A DNA stretch of 64,000 nucleotides from the NCBI RefSeq assembly GCF_018350175.1, contig NC_058383.1, forward strand, positions 20,028,001-20,092,000, given 5' to 3'. Below are positions 24,432 through 36,292 of this stretch, one piece after another. The DNA comes from Felis catus (taxonomy: Eukaryota). The notes under the pieces were generated by a model, which was not told the origin of the DNA, made no database searches, and saw only the letters and a list, made by a program, of their open reading frames with translations. The number at the start of each line of letters is the position of its first letter. Positions within the stretch are counted from its first letter, which is position 1. A program made the translations under genes and the position numbers.

Positions 24432-26086
24432 GCAGTGTGGCATAGGTGGTGTTGGGGGAGCAGGGGGGCAGCGAGTAAGTTATCCCGAGCCCGTGCAGAG
24501 CAAAAGTAAGGAATAAAGGAGTCATGTGTCTAAAGTGCCTATTGTAGTGTTTAGAGCATGGCAACGCCATTAGACCATTACCACCCTGGACTCAGTGTCA
24601 GACACGAGGCTAGAGTTTGGGGTGCCCGAGGTGACTAACGTCTAGTTATGACTTCCAGGAGATCCCAGCCTGGCAGTGGTGACAGGTGAGAAAGATACGC
24701 AAAGCAATACGACAAACGCGTGATTAATTTGCTACCCTTTGCCATTGCTGTGGGAGGCTCCAGGAGAGGGGCCACAGAAGAAAGAGGGGCCAAAGGCACT
24801 TCCTATCCTGGAACTGAGGTGTGTCCCCACTCTTCCTTCCAAAGTGCTGCTGGCATAATTATTTGCCTGGGATTCTGTCTTTTCCCCGAGTCGGGGAGGC
24901 CAACCCTTTATCTCCAGATTCTAGAGTAATGTGTAGAAGATAGTAGGCATTGACGTGTGTTTGTTGGATGACAGAATGAACACAATAGGATTAAGTAATA
25001 GGACATTCAGAAGACACCTTCTCATCTAGACCAAGTTCTCTAAATGGAAAAGTTGAGTTTCAAAGAGCTTATGTAACTAACCCTCTGGATGGTTGGATTA
25101 AGAAAACCCTGCCCTTCTCAGGGCAGAGAAAGCCTGATGCCAAGGCATGTGGTTTGGTGGGCAGAGCTCAGACCAGAATTTCAGCCCCTTCCTACTTCCC
25201 TTCCACTAGGAGTCTTGTGCAGTATGCGACCTGTGCAACCTTCCACGGTGGCCCCAACCTACCTGCCTGATCTTTCTCCAGTATCTGCCTTTCTGCACCC
25301 ATAAGCTTCTATTCTCAATTTCTCTACCTTTCCCAAAACACCTCCTGGGGTATAGCTGGGTCGGGGAGATGATGTACTTACAACTTCGTGTTTGAAAAAG
25401 ATCCAAGGGTGAAAGAGGTTCTAAATCTTTCTGCAATTGGGCCGCACTAATGACTTCCTGTTCCTGCGGCTGGAGGCTGGCATTGCTCTAAGTAGCCGGC
25501 TGTCGCGGCCTCACATACATATTCCTGTTGTCAGCATTAATAAGGTACAATTGCCTGGGGCCTTGTTACCCACCAATTAAACTTTGGATTTTATTGTGCA
25601 GCCTCAAGGATGCTTTATGGTATCAGAAGCGTTTGGCAGTTAAATACGGCTAATATTCATCGCTCCCACATGGGCGCTTCATATCCTGCTCCATTCACAG
25701 CATGATTAAGGAATTAATTGATTTGGATGAGATTGGCACTTGCTCGTGACAATGAAATGGCGACTCCTTTATTAAGCCGCGAATACAGTGGGCTTGCGGC
25801 TGCTGCATTCGGGGCTGGTTAGTGGCAGCTCACCACCGGGCATTTGGGAAGAGGCCCAGAGCACAGTGACATTCTGCTCTGGCCAGAGAAACCTGTGGAC
25901 TGCAGCTGAGGGCACCTTTCCTGCCTTCTGGTTCTCTCCCTTCCTTCCCTCCTCCTTTCTAATTGATTCCTTCCCCCTTTCCAACTTTCTACGTAACACG
26001 CTCCCTCTCTCCCTTCTTTCCACCCTTCCGTCCATCCTGTCTCTTTGTCCTTTCATCCCTGAGGTTTTATTAAAACACCCATTTGC

Positions 26087-26306
26087 GGGGGCGCCTGGGT
26101 GGCGCAGTCGGTTAAGCGTCCGACTTCAGCCAGGTCACGATCTTGCGGTCCGCGAGTTCGAGCCCCGCGTCAGGCTCTGGGCTGATGGCTCGGAGCCTGG
26201 AGCCTGTTTCCGATTCTGTGTCTCCCTCTCTCTCTGCCCCTCCCCCGTTCATGCTCTGTCTCTCTCTGTCCCAAAAATAAATAAACGTTGAAAAAATTAA
26301 AAAAAA
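26087..26306 (+). mobile_element. Young feline SINE (SINEC_Fc-type)
   Basis: Perfect TSD aaaacacccatttgc at 26072-26086 and 26307-26321. Confidence 0.98.
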
Positions 26307-27514
26307 AAAACACCCATTTGCATTCTCTAACTTACCGGCAATCCCTTACATCACGCCCATCTGATTTGCCTTTCTGGTTGGGAACATTTTGGTTTCCCAG
26401 AACAGAACCTGTAATGGGGTCAGGTCTCATGGATACAGGCCCTGCATAGGATGGAAATTCCAGATTCCAGGGGCCTGACGTTTGTGGCAAAAATGTGAGA
26501 GACCATTTATTGCAAGTTTCTTACGCACTAGGTGCTGTGCTAAGTGTTTTATGTGCTTTATATATCACTGGGTCTAAGGGGGAACCAGAGGCTCAGAGAG
26601 GTGGCCTGTGCCTTGCCATGAAGGACTCAGCAAGTAAGTGACAGAGCAGGAATTCAGACTCAGGCAGACTTGCTCAAATCCCAGCTAGTACTCATCAACC
26701 CATGTTCCGTTGGCCACGTGGGCATTCAGCCTACACATACGTGACCAATCAGGGCTGGCTGGCTCTGGTTCAACCTCATTACCTTTCAGATTGTCTTCCA
26801 GCATCTGTGAGCATCTTCCAACCTCTCTTGTCTCTGTGTGGGATTATCTGACTAGTGCTCCCCAGGGGAATGTTAGGTAGAAGTAAGTAATATGTGTCAA
26901 GTCTAGAATGAGGTGGCTAAGAAGTGGATGTGGCTTTTCTCTTTCTGTTTCCCCTTCTCCCCGGGTACAAAGAAACTCTCACTGTCTAGGGGGTCGTAGA
27001 GGTACCCTATGCAAGGACTGTGGGTCCCTACATCCACATGGAAGAGCACTTCCCACCCTGCAGGGTGACCTATGTGGAAATACCACGTGGCCAGAAAATT
27101 CTCTTCCATTTCATTAAGCCACTGAAATTTTGGATTTATGTGTCATAGCCCCTAGAGTTTCCTGGACAAATATAGTTTGTGAACCCTGCATAGGAGGATA
27201 GGATCCTAGGCACGGAGCCCCAAGCAGTGCCTCGTTCCTGATGCAGGACCTCGGGCAGAGCAGACGACAAGGACAGTGGTGATGACTGTGGTGAAATTCA
27301 CTCCAAGGTGGACCTTCCTATTCCCGTCTTCATCTACTTTGCCTCATCCAAGGATGACTTTAGACCAAGGAAGGGGATGCTGTAATGACTGAGATGGGAC
27401 TTCTCTTAGGGAGAGAAGAGTCACGGTCAGGTTGCCTTGAGCAAAATGAGGTGATTTTCCTTTCCTTTCTGAGTTTGTGGACTGAGATTAATACTTAATG
27501 CATTAAAAGACAAG

Positions 27515-28885
27515 TGCATCATGTCGCTCCTCTGCTCAGAACCACTGACTTCTCAGTTCACTCTTAGTAAAACCCACAACACTTACTATGGAGGAGTCCA
27601 TCGCCAGAATCTTTACTAATGGGGAGTTCATATCCAGAACGCTTACAATGGAGAAGTCCATCTCCAGAACCTTTACTAAGGGGTAGTACATATTCAGAAC
27701 CCTTATTGTGGAGGAATCCGTCTCCAGAACCCTTACTATGGAGGAATCCTTCTACAGAACCCTTATTGTGGAGGAATCCTTCTCCAGAACCCTTACTATG
27801 GAGGAATCCATCACCAGAACCCTTACTATGGAGGAATCCTTCTCCAGAACCCTTACTATGGAGGAATCCTTCTCCAGAATCCTTACTATGGAGAAATCCT
27901 TCTCCAGAACCCTTACTATGGAGGAATCCTTCTCCAGAACCCTTACTATGGAGGAATCCATCACCAGAACCCTTACTATGGAGGAATCCTTCTCCAGAAC
28001 CCTTACTATGGAGGAATCCTTCTCCAGAATCCTTACTATGGAGAAATCCTTCTCCAGAACCCTTACTATGGAGGAATCCTTCTCCAGAACCCTTACTATG
28101 GAGGAATCCTTCTCCAGAATCCTTACTATGGAGGAATCCTTCTCCAGAACCCTTACTATGGAGGAATCCTTCTCCAGAACCCTTACTATGGAGGAATCCA
28201 TCACCAGAACCCTTACTATGGAGGAATCCTTCTCCAGAACCCTTAATATGGAGGAATCTGTCTCCAGAAAACTTACTATGGAGGAGTCCATCGCCAGAAT
28301 CCTTACTAAGGGGGAGTCCATCTCCAGAACCCTTTCTATGGAGGAATCCTTCTCCAGAACACTTCCTATTGAGAAGTCCATCTCCAGAACTTTTACTAAG
28401 GGGTAGTACATATTCAGAACCCTTATTGTGGAGGAATCCGACTCCAGAATACTTACTATGGAGGAGTCCATCGCCAGAATCCTTACTAAGGGGGAGTCCA
28501 TCTCCAGAACCCTTACTATGGAGGAGTCCTTCTCCAGAACCCTTACTATGGAGGACTCCATTGCCAGAATCCTTACTATGGAGCAATTCATCTCCAGAAC
28601 ACTTACTATGGAGGAATCCTTCTCCAGAACCTTTACTAATGGGGAGTTCATATCCAGAACCCTTAATATGGAGGAATCCATCACCAGAACCCTTACTATG
28701 GAGGAATCCTTCTCCAGAACCCTTACTATGGGGGAATCCATCATCTTTTGCTCCTCTGCTCTCATCTTCCATCATTCTCCTTACTGTTACTGGTATGTGC
28801 TCCTACCTCAGGGATTTTGCACTTGTTTCTTCTTATTAGAGCACACCCCCCATAGCTGTCCTCATGGCTTTCTCTCAGTTTAAGT
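27515..28885 (+). mobile_element. L2 fragment hosting the 30 bp minisatellite
   Basis: Left flank atcatgtcgctcctctgctcagaacc...tcactcttagtaaaa and right flank ctcatcttcc...cctacctcagggattttgcacttg are consecutive L2 body segments. Confidence 0.7.
27571..28740. repeat. Minisatellite/VNTR, 39 x 30 bp, consensus tctccagaacccttactatggaggaatcct
   Basis: Units stay in exact 30 bp register across 1170 bp; perfect 150 bp higher-order duplication 27781-27930 = 27931-28080. Confidence 0.99.
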
Positions 28886-28889
28886 CTTT

Positions 28890-30238
28890 TTAAGGGTCTA
28901 TTCATTTGTAGTTCTCTTTTCTTATAATGCCTTCATCTTGTTTGAGTATTAGGGTGATGCTAGCTTTATAGGATGAGTTAGGAAACATTACTTAGCCTCT
29001 ATCTCCTGGAAGAGATTATAAAGAATTGGTGTCATATCTTCCTTAAATGTTTGGTAGAATTCACTGGTGAACCCTTTGGGGACTGGTGTTTTCTGTTTTG
29101 GAAGGTTTTTAATTATTGATTTGATTTATTTACTAGATATAAGTTTATTCAGATTATCTGTGTCTTCTTGCGTGATTTTGACCAATTCTGTCTTTCAAAG
29201 AATTGGTCTATTTCATCTAAGTTATGAAATATGTGAGCAGAGAGTTGTTCATAATATTCTTTTATTATCCTTTCAAAGCCTGTGGGATCTGTAGTGATGT
29301 ACCCTCTTTCATTTCTGATATTAGTAGTCTCTGTCTCTGTCTCTGTCTTTCTCTTTTAGTTAGCTTTTTCTAGTGTCCCATGGTGGAAGTTTAGATTATT
29401 TACTTCACATCTTTCTCTTTCATCATATATGTCTTCAATAACATAAATTTTTCTCTCTAAGCACTGCTTTCAGTGTACCACATAAATTTAAATAAGTTGT
29501 ATTTCCTGACCTATATTATTTTCCTTCACTCTGAAGAACATTTCATATTTCTCACCAGGCAGGTCTGTTGGCAATAAATACTCTCAATTTCTGTTTGAGA
29601 AAGTCTTTATTTCTTCTTCATTTCTGAAAGATAATTTTGCAAGATACGGAATTCTAGGTTGAATACGAGATATTTCGCTCTACTTTCTTCTTACTTGTGT
29701 AGTTCTTCAGGAGAAGTCAGATTGTAATTCTTATCTTTGATCCTTTATAGGTAAGGTATTTCTTTCTTCTGGATTTTTAAGATTTTTTTCTCCTTATCTT
29801 TGATTTTCTGAAGTTTGAATATGGTTAAGTGTAGCTTTGATACGGCTAAGTGTAGCTGTTTGCATTTATCCCGTCTGGTGTTCTCTAACCTTCCCGGATA
29901 TGTGGTTTGATGTCTGACATTAATTTAAAAGTACATTCTCAGTCGTTACTGCTTCCAATATTGCTTTTCTTTTTTTTTTCTTCTTCTTCTGGTATTACCA
30001 TTACATATATGTTATAACTCTTATAATTGTCCACAGTTCCTGGATATTCCGTTCTGTTCTGTTTGGATTTTTTTTTTCAGTCTTTCTTTCCTTTTCAGGT
30101 TTGGAAGTTTCTATTCTCATATCCTCAAGCTCAGAGGCTTTCTTCAGCCATGTTTCATCCACTTAAAAGCCCACAAAAGGTAGTCTTCATTTATATTATA
30201 CTGTTTTGATTTCTAGCATTTTAAAATTCTTTATTAAA

Positions 30239-30284
<46 letters not shown>

Positions 30285-31250
30285 TTACATTATCTGTCTG
30301 TTGTCTATTTCTTCCATTAAAGCCCTTAGTTTATTCATCATAGTTAGAAAAATTCCTGGTTTGACAATCCAACATTCTTGTCACACCAGACTCTGGTTGT
30401 GATTTTATTCATTTTCTTCAATCTGTGTTTTTAGCCTTAAATTTTGTTTTGTTTTGTTTTAAAGGTAGATACGATGTACTGGGTAAAAAGAGTGGCAACA
30501 AACAGGAATTTAGTGATGCAGTCCTAAGGTACAGAGGGAAGAGAAACATTCTGTAGTCCTGTGATTAGGTCTCAGTCGCTCAACGAGCCTGCACCCCTGA
30601 AACGTGAACTTCATCTGTGCTTCTCAGTATTATTTCCCCTTAGGTGGGACTGGATGGGTGGAGGGGACTGGGGTTGGGGACTTCCCTTCCCCGGGTAGGT
30701 TAGGTTCTGATGTAACCCCAGCAGGTTGAGCCCTGGAATCATAGTCTCTCTTGAGGGTAGGCATGGTTAAGAAAGAAAGAATGTTGTGGCATTGTCAGAA
30801 TGGTTTCTTTTCCCTTCCCTCTACCGGAAGTACAAGGGGATTGCTCCCGCCCTTCACTGTGAGAACTAGGTTGGGCTCCTGGAGGTAAAAGTCACAGAAA
30901 TGTTTCCTCCCTCCTGCCCCGATGATGGGGCCCCACTGGAGTTCTCCTGTCTCCAGTTGGCCGCGCGGAACCTCCAGCCCCTTGTCAGCTGCGGGTCAGA
31001 TGTCCCTACCCCAGCGCTGGTTCCCACACAGATCGGAGGCTCCTGCTCCTGGGTTTCTTCTTGGTGAGCCGCCACTCTCTGTACCTGCCTGCCTGTCTCT
31101 CCAGGTCAAGGCGCAGCTGCTTACCTTGTGACCTCACCTCTCTGAAGGATCTAAGAAGAGTGGCTGGTTTTCAGTTTGCTCGGCTTTTTCCTTGTTGGCA
31201 GGATTGAGTGGCCAATCTCTAAACTCCTTACATGCCTAGCCAGAGGGCAA
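28890..31250 (-). mobile_element. Ancient L1 (L1MC/MD-like): decayed ORF2 segment and 5' region; includes (CT)n at 30242-30282
   Basis: tcttccttaaatgtttggtagaattcactggtgaacc and ctttcatttctgatattagt are antisense L1 ORF2; 5'-region-like sequence follows. Confidence 0.8.
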
Positions 31251-32853
31251 AAGTCCATGTTGTTTCTAAGAAAGAAAAAAAAAAAAAATAGAATGGGTGG
31301 TCAGTATTTAAAAAGTGAACCATTCCGTACATTTCTGGCTTCTCCAGCATAAGCAGGGAACACGAACCTTCATTTCTACCCAGTTTGAGTTGAACAGCAG
31401 GTGCTAATCTTGATGGGGCATTAGTCCTCTGGTTCTCCATGATCTATTCTCAGCACGGCTCAAGCAATTATTTTCTTGCTTTGGCCCCAGGGTCATTTGA
31501 GTTTGTGATCCTGACTTTAGACTTTGGTGTTGCCCCAGACCTCCCCTCCCTGACCCTCCCTGGGTGTATTGTTTTGTATTTAGGGTCAGCATGGACTCCT
31601 AGTTCCAAACCTACATCCTGAAAGATGTAGCACCTCTCTAGTCCGTATCTGGTGTCTTTGATCTCACTTGCTGAGCTAAAAACATCAGGCTGTGCTTCTC
31701 TGGCTCATCTCCACTTGGTGACTGAGCATATCAGAAGGTTCTCACATCAGGGCATCTGTCTGCTTCTGGCCCCTTTTCTCTTCCTGCCTCTCTCCTGAGC
31801 AAGGTCCCGGGGTGACAGATGGAGGGCCAATGACCCTACGAGCGTTCCTATGACGGCGGTGGTCTGTTGGCTCCCTGCCCCTATGAACCTCTGACCTGCA
31901 CAGCTACTGCTCCTCAGCCCCCAGCAGCAGCCGCTGCCCCTCTGTGATTCAGAGCTCTGAGCGAGCCGTGCTCAGAGAATTATTAGGAGCTCTTGGCAAA
32001 AAGCTCTGGTCCAACATGGATAATCTCAGCAGGATTGCAGCAGAGCACAGAGACCGCTGGTTACCCTGAAGTCAGTGCCTGCCCTTGGATGTACTTTTTG
32101 GGAACGACTGGAGCATTTCACTGAAAGCTGATGAAAACAAAAGCAAATGAAAACAGGGAATTATAAATCAGAGGGGGGGCTCATTGTCTCCAGATGGAGG
32201 AAAGGAGTGTGAGACCCCAGTGTGCTCAGACAGAAAGGGATTGAAGGAGCTGGACAGCCTCTCCCCTCCTCTCCCATCACATAAGGCAGAAATGACAGCT
32301 GCTGGCTGAATAATGGTGGCGAAACAGGGCAATCCTGTGAGAGGGCTGGGAGGGATGTAATCATTGCCTGCTAGTGCCAACTTTTGAGTAAGAAGGACAG
32401 TCACTGGTCACCACGTCCTCCACTCCATTTCACTCCTTTTATCAGCAATCTTTTCACACAAGCGGCAACCCTACACAACTCGTGCAAAGAGGTAAGAGGA
32501 CGGTAAAGGCATTTGTTACTGAAGTTCAGGATGTGCCGGCTTCAGGTAGGGTTTGATTCAGGTGCGCACATAATGTCGCAAGGTCTTCCCTCCTTCTTGC
32601 CTTTTCTGGGCTGAATCTGTTTTCAGAGTCTCTGCCTGTGTGATGGCAACAGGGCTTAATCCTCACATCCTTCCAAGTTCAAGTCCGGCGTAAAAAAGAG
32701 TGTCTGCAATACCAGGTTGATGCATGGAGTGTTAATCACAGAATGACAATAATTCAGCATGACAGAGGAGCTGTTTGTACTTTATCTTTCACTGCATTTT
32801 TATGAGAAGCAATATATTTTCTTACTTTCCTCCCAAATACTATAACAAAGAGG

Positions 32854-32903
<50 letters not shown>

Positions 32904-33195
32904 CTGTCTTCCTCTCACCTAACACAAGGCCCAGATTCCACTTTGATTAGCCCAACTTTGGGCACATGCCAACCTCTGAACTAATGCTAGAGTTGGGGGG
33001 GGGGGTTGGTTGGGGTAAACGTCCATCTCTGGGTCATGTGCCTCGGCCCCGGAGTCCGGCATGAGGTCCCCCCCAAAGGGGAGGGGCGGTGATTAGACCC
33101 TGGTGCTCCCCAAGTATCTATGTGCTCCTCAGTCCTTATGATCTCCCACTCCTTCCGCCGCGCCCGCAAAAAAACAGTGAATTATATCAGTAGTT

Positions 33196-33565
33196 TGTCT
33201 TAGTGGGTTTTGGGCTGCTACGGCAGAAAACCATAGACTAGGTGGCTTATACACAGCAGAAGCTTACCTCTCAGCGCTCTGGAGCCCTGGGAAGTCCAAG
33301 ATCAAGGTGCCCTCAGATTTGGGGTCGGGTGAGGGCCCAACTCCGGACGCACACATGGCCCTATACCTACTGTGTCTTCACGTGGAGGAACAGGCATGGG
33401 AGGCCACTCAAGTCTCTTTGTATAAGGGCACTAATCCGATTCACGAGGGCCCCACCCTCCTGACCTAATTACCTCCCGAGAGCCCCACCTCCCAGCACCA
33501 TTACTTTGGGGGTTAGGATGTCAACTCACAAACTTGGGGGAAACACAAACTCTTAGTCCACGGCG
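33196..33565 (-). mobile_element. MLT1A-like MaLR solo LTR
   Basis: tgtcttagt...accatagactaggtggctta...gggaagtccaagatcaaggtgcc...tataagggcactaatcc...acctaattacctccc...ttgggggttagga. Confidence 0.88.
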
Positions 33566-33772
33566 GTGGCCTCCTGCTTGTCAAAACCAGTGGGCAATTG
33601 TGATGTGCTGCTGTAATGAAATTGCTTGCAGAACTGGGCTCTGATTGTATGTTGATATGCTGTCCACAGTCCCAGACCCCTGTCTCTTTTTATTTTATTT
33701 TTACGGGCCCCCCCTCTTTCGCCCACCCATCGAATGTCTGTCGTTACTCCCCAGGGTCAAAGTCATAGCCCT

Positions 33773-34165
33773 CGTATCAGTTAGGAGCACATTCAGCTGT
33801 GGATGACAGATTGCTTGAGCAACCGTGGCCCAAATCATGAGGAATCTCACTGTTTCCCTAAAGCGGTCTCTGGAGGTCTTAGGGTTGCCCGGTGACGTCG
33901 TTAAAGACCTAGGCTCTCTCTGCCCCTTTCCCTCAACATCTTTAGCCTGTTTGTTAGCTTTTCTCCCTGAAGCCTGTCAATCTCACGAGCTGCTGTGGCG
34001 GGGGCAGGGACCCTGCTGAGGAGGAGCACCGGTGCCCCTCTCCATGTAGCTGCCCTTTTCCCAGTAGAGCAAAAACCTCCCCAGAGCCCTCCCGGGGAAC
34101 CTTCCCTTTCGTCTCATTCGCTGGAGCCGGGCCACATGGCCACCCCTGGCTGCAGAGGTGGTGGG
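33773..34165 (-). mobile_element. Old MLT1-type LTR fragment
   Basis: gtatcagttagga...ttcagctg start; cacatggccacccctggctgcagagg. Confidence 0.5.
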
Positions 34166-34479
34166 CAAGGGCTACCCAGTCAGTGATGTCTGCCACCCTC
34201 CACACTCACCCCTGCACGACCCTCTCCATCCCCAAAGCTTTGTTGACTGCCCCCAGAGGTGACCTCAGAACTTCCCTCTGCGACACGGACCAGTGGAACC
34301 AGCAGAGGACTAGACGCGTCTGCCTGTCTGGATCCCTGCACACGCTCAGTGCGCTCAGCACGGACCTCAACATCCCCCTCAAGTGTGCTCTCGGCCTCAG
34401 AGAATGACACGCACCTCAGCTGCTCGCACAGAGAAGCACCCGGATAACAGCTTTGAGTCCTCCTTCCTCGCGGTGCTTT

Positions 34480-34895
34480 GCTGTGAGGGGTGGAATGGCC
34501 TCTGCGATGGCTCCCACCCTCCCGTACGCAGCGGTCTCTGTGCTCCCTGCCATGTGGTTCTGCCCTTCGGCCCAGTTGAGGCAGGGGTACCTTTCTCTGT
34601 CCCGTTAGCTTGGGGGCTTAGCCCGGATGGGGTTGGGAGCGTCAGAGCGTCTGTTCCGGGCAACGTCGTCAGGGGCTCCGGGGAGCTGCCCTGAGAAGGC
34701 TCTGGGCCCGGAACAAACCCACATGGAGCCCACCCGAGCCAACCCAGAGGCTGGAGTCAGTGCAGACGGCCTGTAGCCACCCAGATGAGCTGAACTGCGC
34801 TCATCCCACAGACCCATGAGCATGCGGGTGAGCGCTTTCCACCACAAGCCGCTGAGTTCGAGGTGGTCTGTTATATGGCACTATTGGGGCAGGGG
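34480..34895 (+). mobile_element. MLT1E/F/G-like LTR
   Basis: gatggctccc...cacagacccatgag...aagccgctgagttcgaggtggtctgttatatggca. Confidence 0.55.
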
Positions 34896-36069
34896 TTCAT
34901 GAGCACGCACACGATGATCCAACCCTCAACACGTCTTTCCTATCCGTGCTTCGTCCGCTTCCCCTCTCCCGCGGGTCCGTCCTAGCCAACCATGGAGATG
35001 TAACCACAATACCATGCGGTCCATCAGGGAAGCAACCGGTGAGCGACTACTCGTCCGGCGTATGCGCGTCTAAAAGGGGAACCTATCGGGTGCTATGCAG
35101 CTTTGAGCACGCAGCAAGGGACGCGAGGTAGCTTCTGCGTGGGAGTTACTGAGGGCCTCCCTGGGAGAGTGGCATGGGAGCAGAGTTAGGAAAGATAAAG
35201 AAGGTTTGGCCAGACGAAGCGGGGAGGCAGGAATCTACCAGGAATAAGGAGGAGTTGGCGCGAGGATCCCGAAGGCAGGGAGCGCGGGAGGGCGTGAGAG
35301 TCGAGAAGAGGGAAGGTGGAGTCAGGTCGGGCAGGGCCCAGGGATCTGGCCTTCTCCCCAAGGGCGACAGGAAGGTTTTAGACACAGTGACGTGATGGGG
35401 AGCGGGTCGTAAAAGGCAGAGCGGGTCCTTCCCTGGGGACCCTAGGGAGTTTTCGCTCTATGATCACACTCTGCATTGCAGCTGTGTCTTGAGGGGTGAT
35501 CCTTCTCTCTAGACTCTGAGCAGCTAACCGGAAGAGAAGGACGGAGGTGGCCGCTGACCTCTGCAACCCCAGGGCCCAGGCATGGCGGAAGGAAGGGACG
35601 AAAGCAAGTAACTGAAATTCAAATAAGCACGACCTTTGCACCAGGCACTGAGTTGGGTGTTTTATCTGGTAAGAGGGTAGAACTTTGGGGAGGATGGCGG
35701 GAGGGAGCGATGAGGGAAGAGGGCCCATCGCTTACTCTCCGATGCATCCCCAGGACAGGATCCAGCCTGCAGCCCAAAGGGTTCAGATCGGATCTGGGCA
35801 AGAACTACTTGTGGAGAATGAGGGATGTTAGAAGGTCGAGTGCGTTTTCGAGGCCGGAAGAGAATTCCTTCCTCTGGCACCTTCAGGAATGCGCTCAGTT
35901 CTCTTGGGGACAGAGTGGTTCAGTGTAATTGTGCCCGGGGCCAGGGTCACGTGGGGGGTCTTGTAGAGTGCCCAGTCTCTGGGCTATTGTGGGAAGGAGA
36001 TCCTGCCAAGTCCAAGGCAAACGATGAACATCAGGAGCTACTCAAAGCCCAGGTAAACTGGGGAAAATA

Positions 36070-36292
36070 GGGGCGCCTGGGTGGCGCAGTCGGTTAAGCG
36101 TCCGACTTCAGCCAGGTCACGATCTCGCAGTCCGGGAGTTCGAGCCCCGCGTCAGGCTCTGGGCTGATGGCTCAGAGCCTGGAGCCTGTTTCGGATTCTG
36201 TGTCTCCCTCTCTCTCTGCCCCTCCCCCGTTCATGCTCTGTCTCTCTCTGTCCCAAAAATAAATAAACGTTGAAAAAAAAATACTTTAAAAA
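36070..36292 (+). mobile_element. Young feline SINE (SINEC_Fc-type)
   Basis: Perfect TSD taaactggggaaaat at 36054-36068 and 36293-36307. Confidence 0.98.

Noticed and set aside
27571..28740. CRISPR-like array of ~30 bp repeats
   Set aside because: Units are directly tandem with no unique spacers, there are no cas genes, and the context is mammalian
27619..28883. Overlapping 150-406 aa ORFs on both strands as annotated CDS
   Set aside because: The 30 bp unit is stop-free in five frames; no domain similarity or splice context. Only the ATG-initiated minus frame is kept, as a speculative finding
29720..29760. Recursive-splice-like motif ctttatag|gtaagg
   Set aside because: Lies inside an antisense L1 remnant; no evidence of a host transcript
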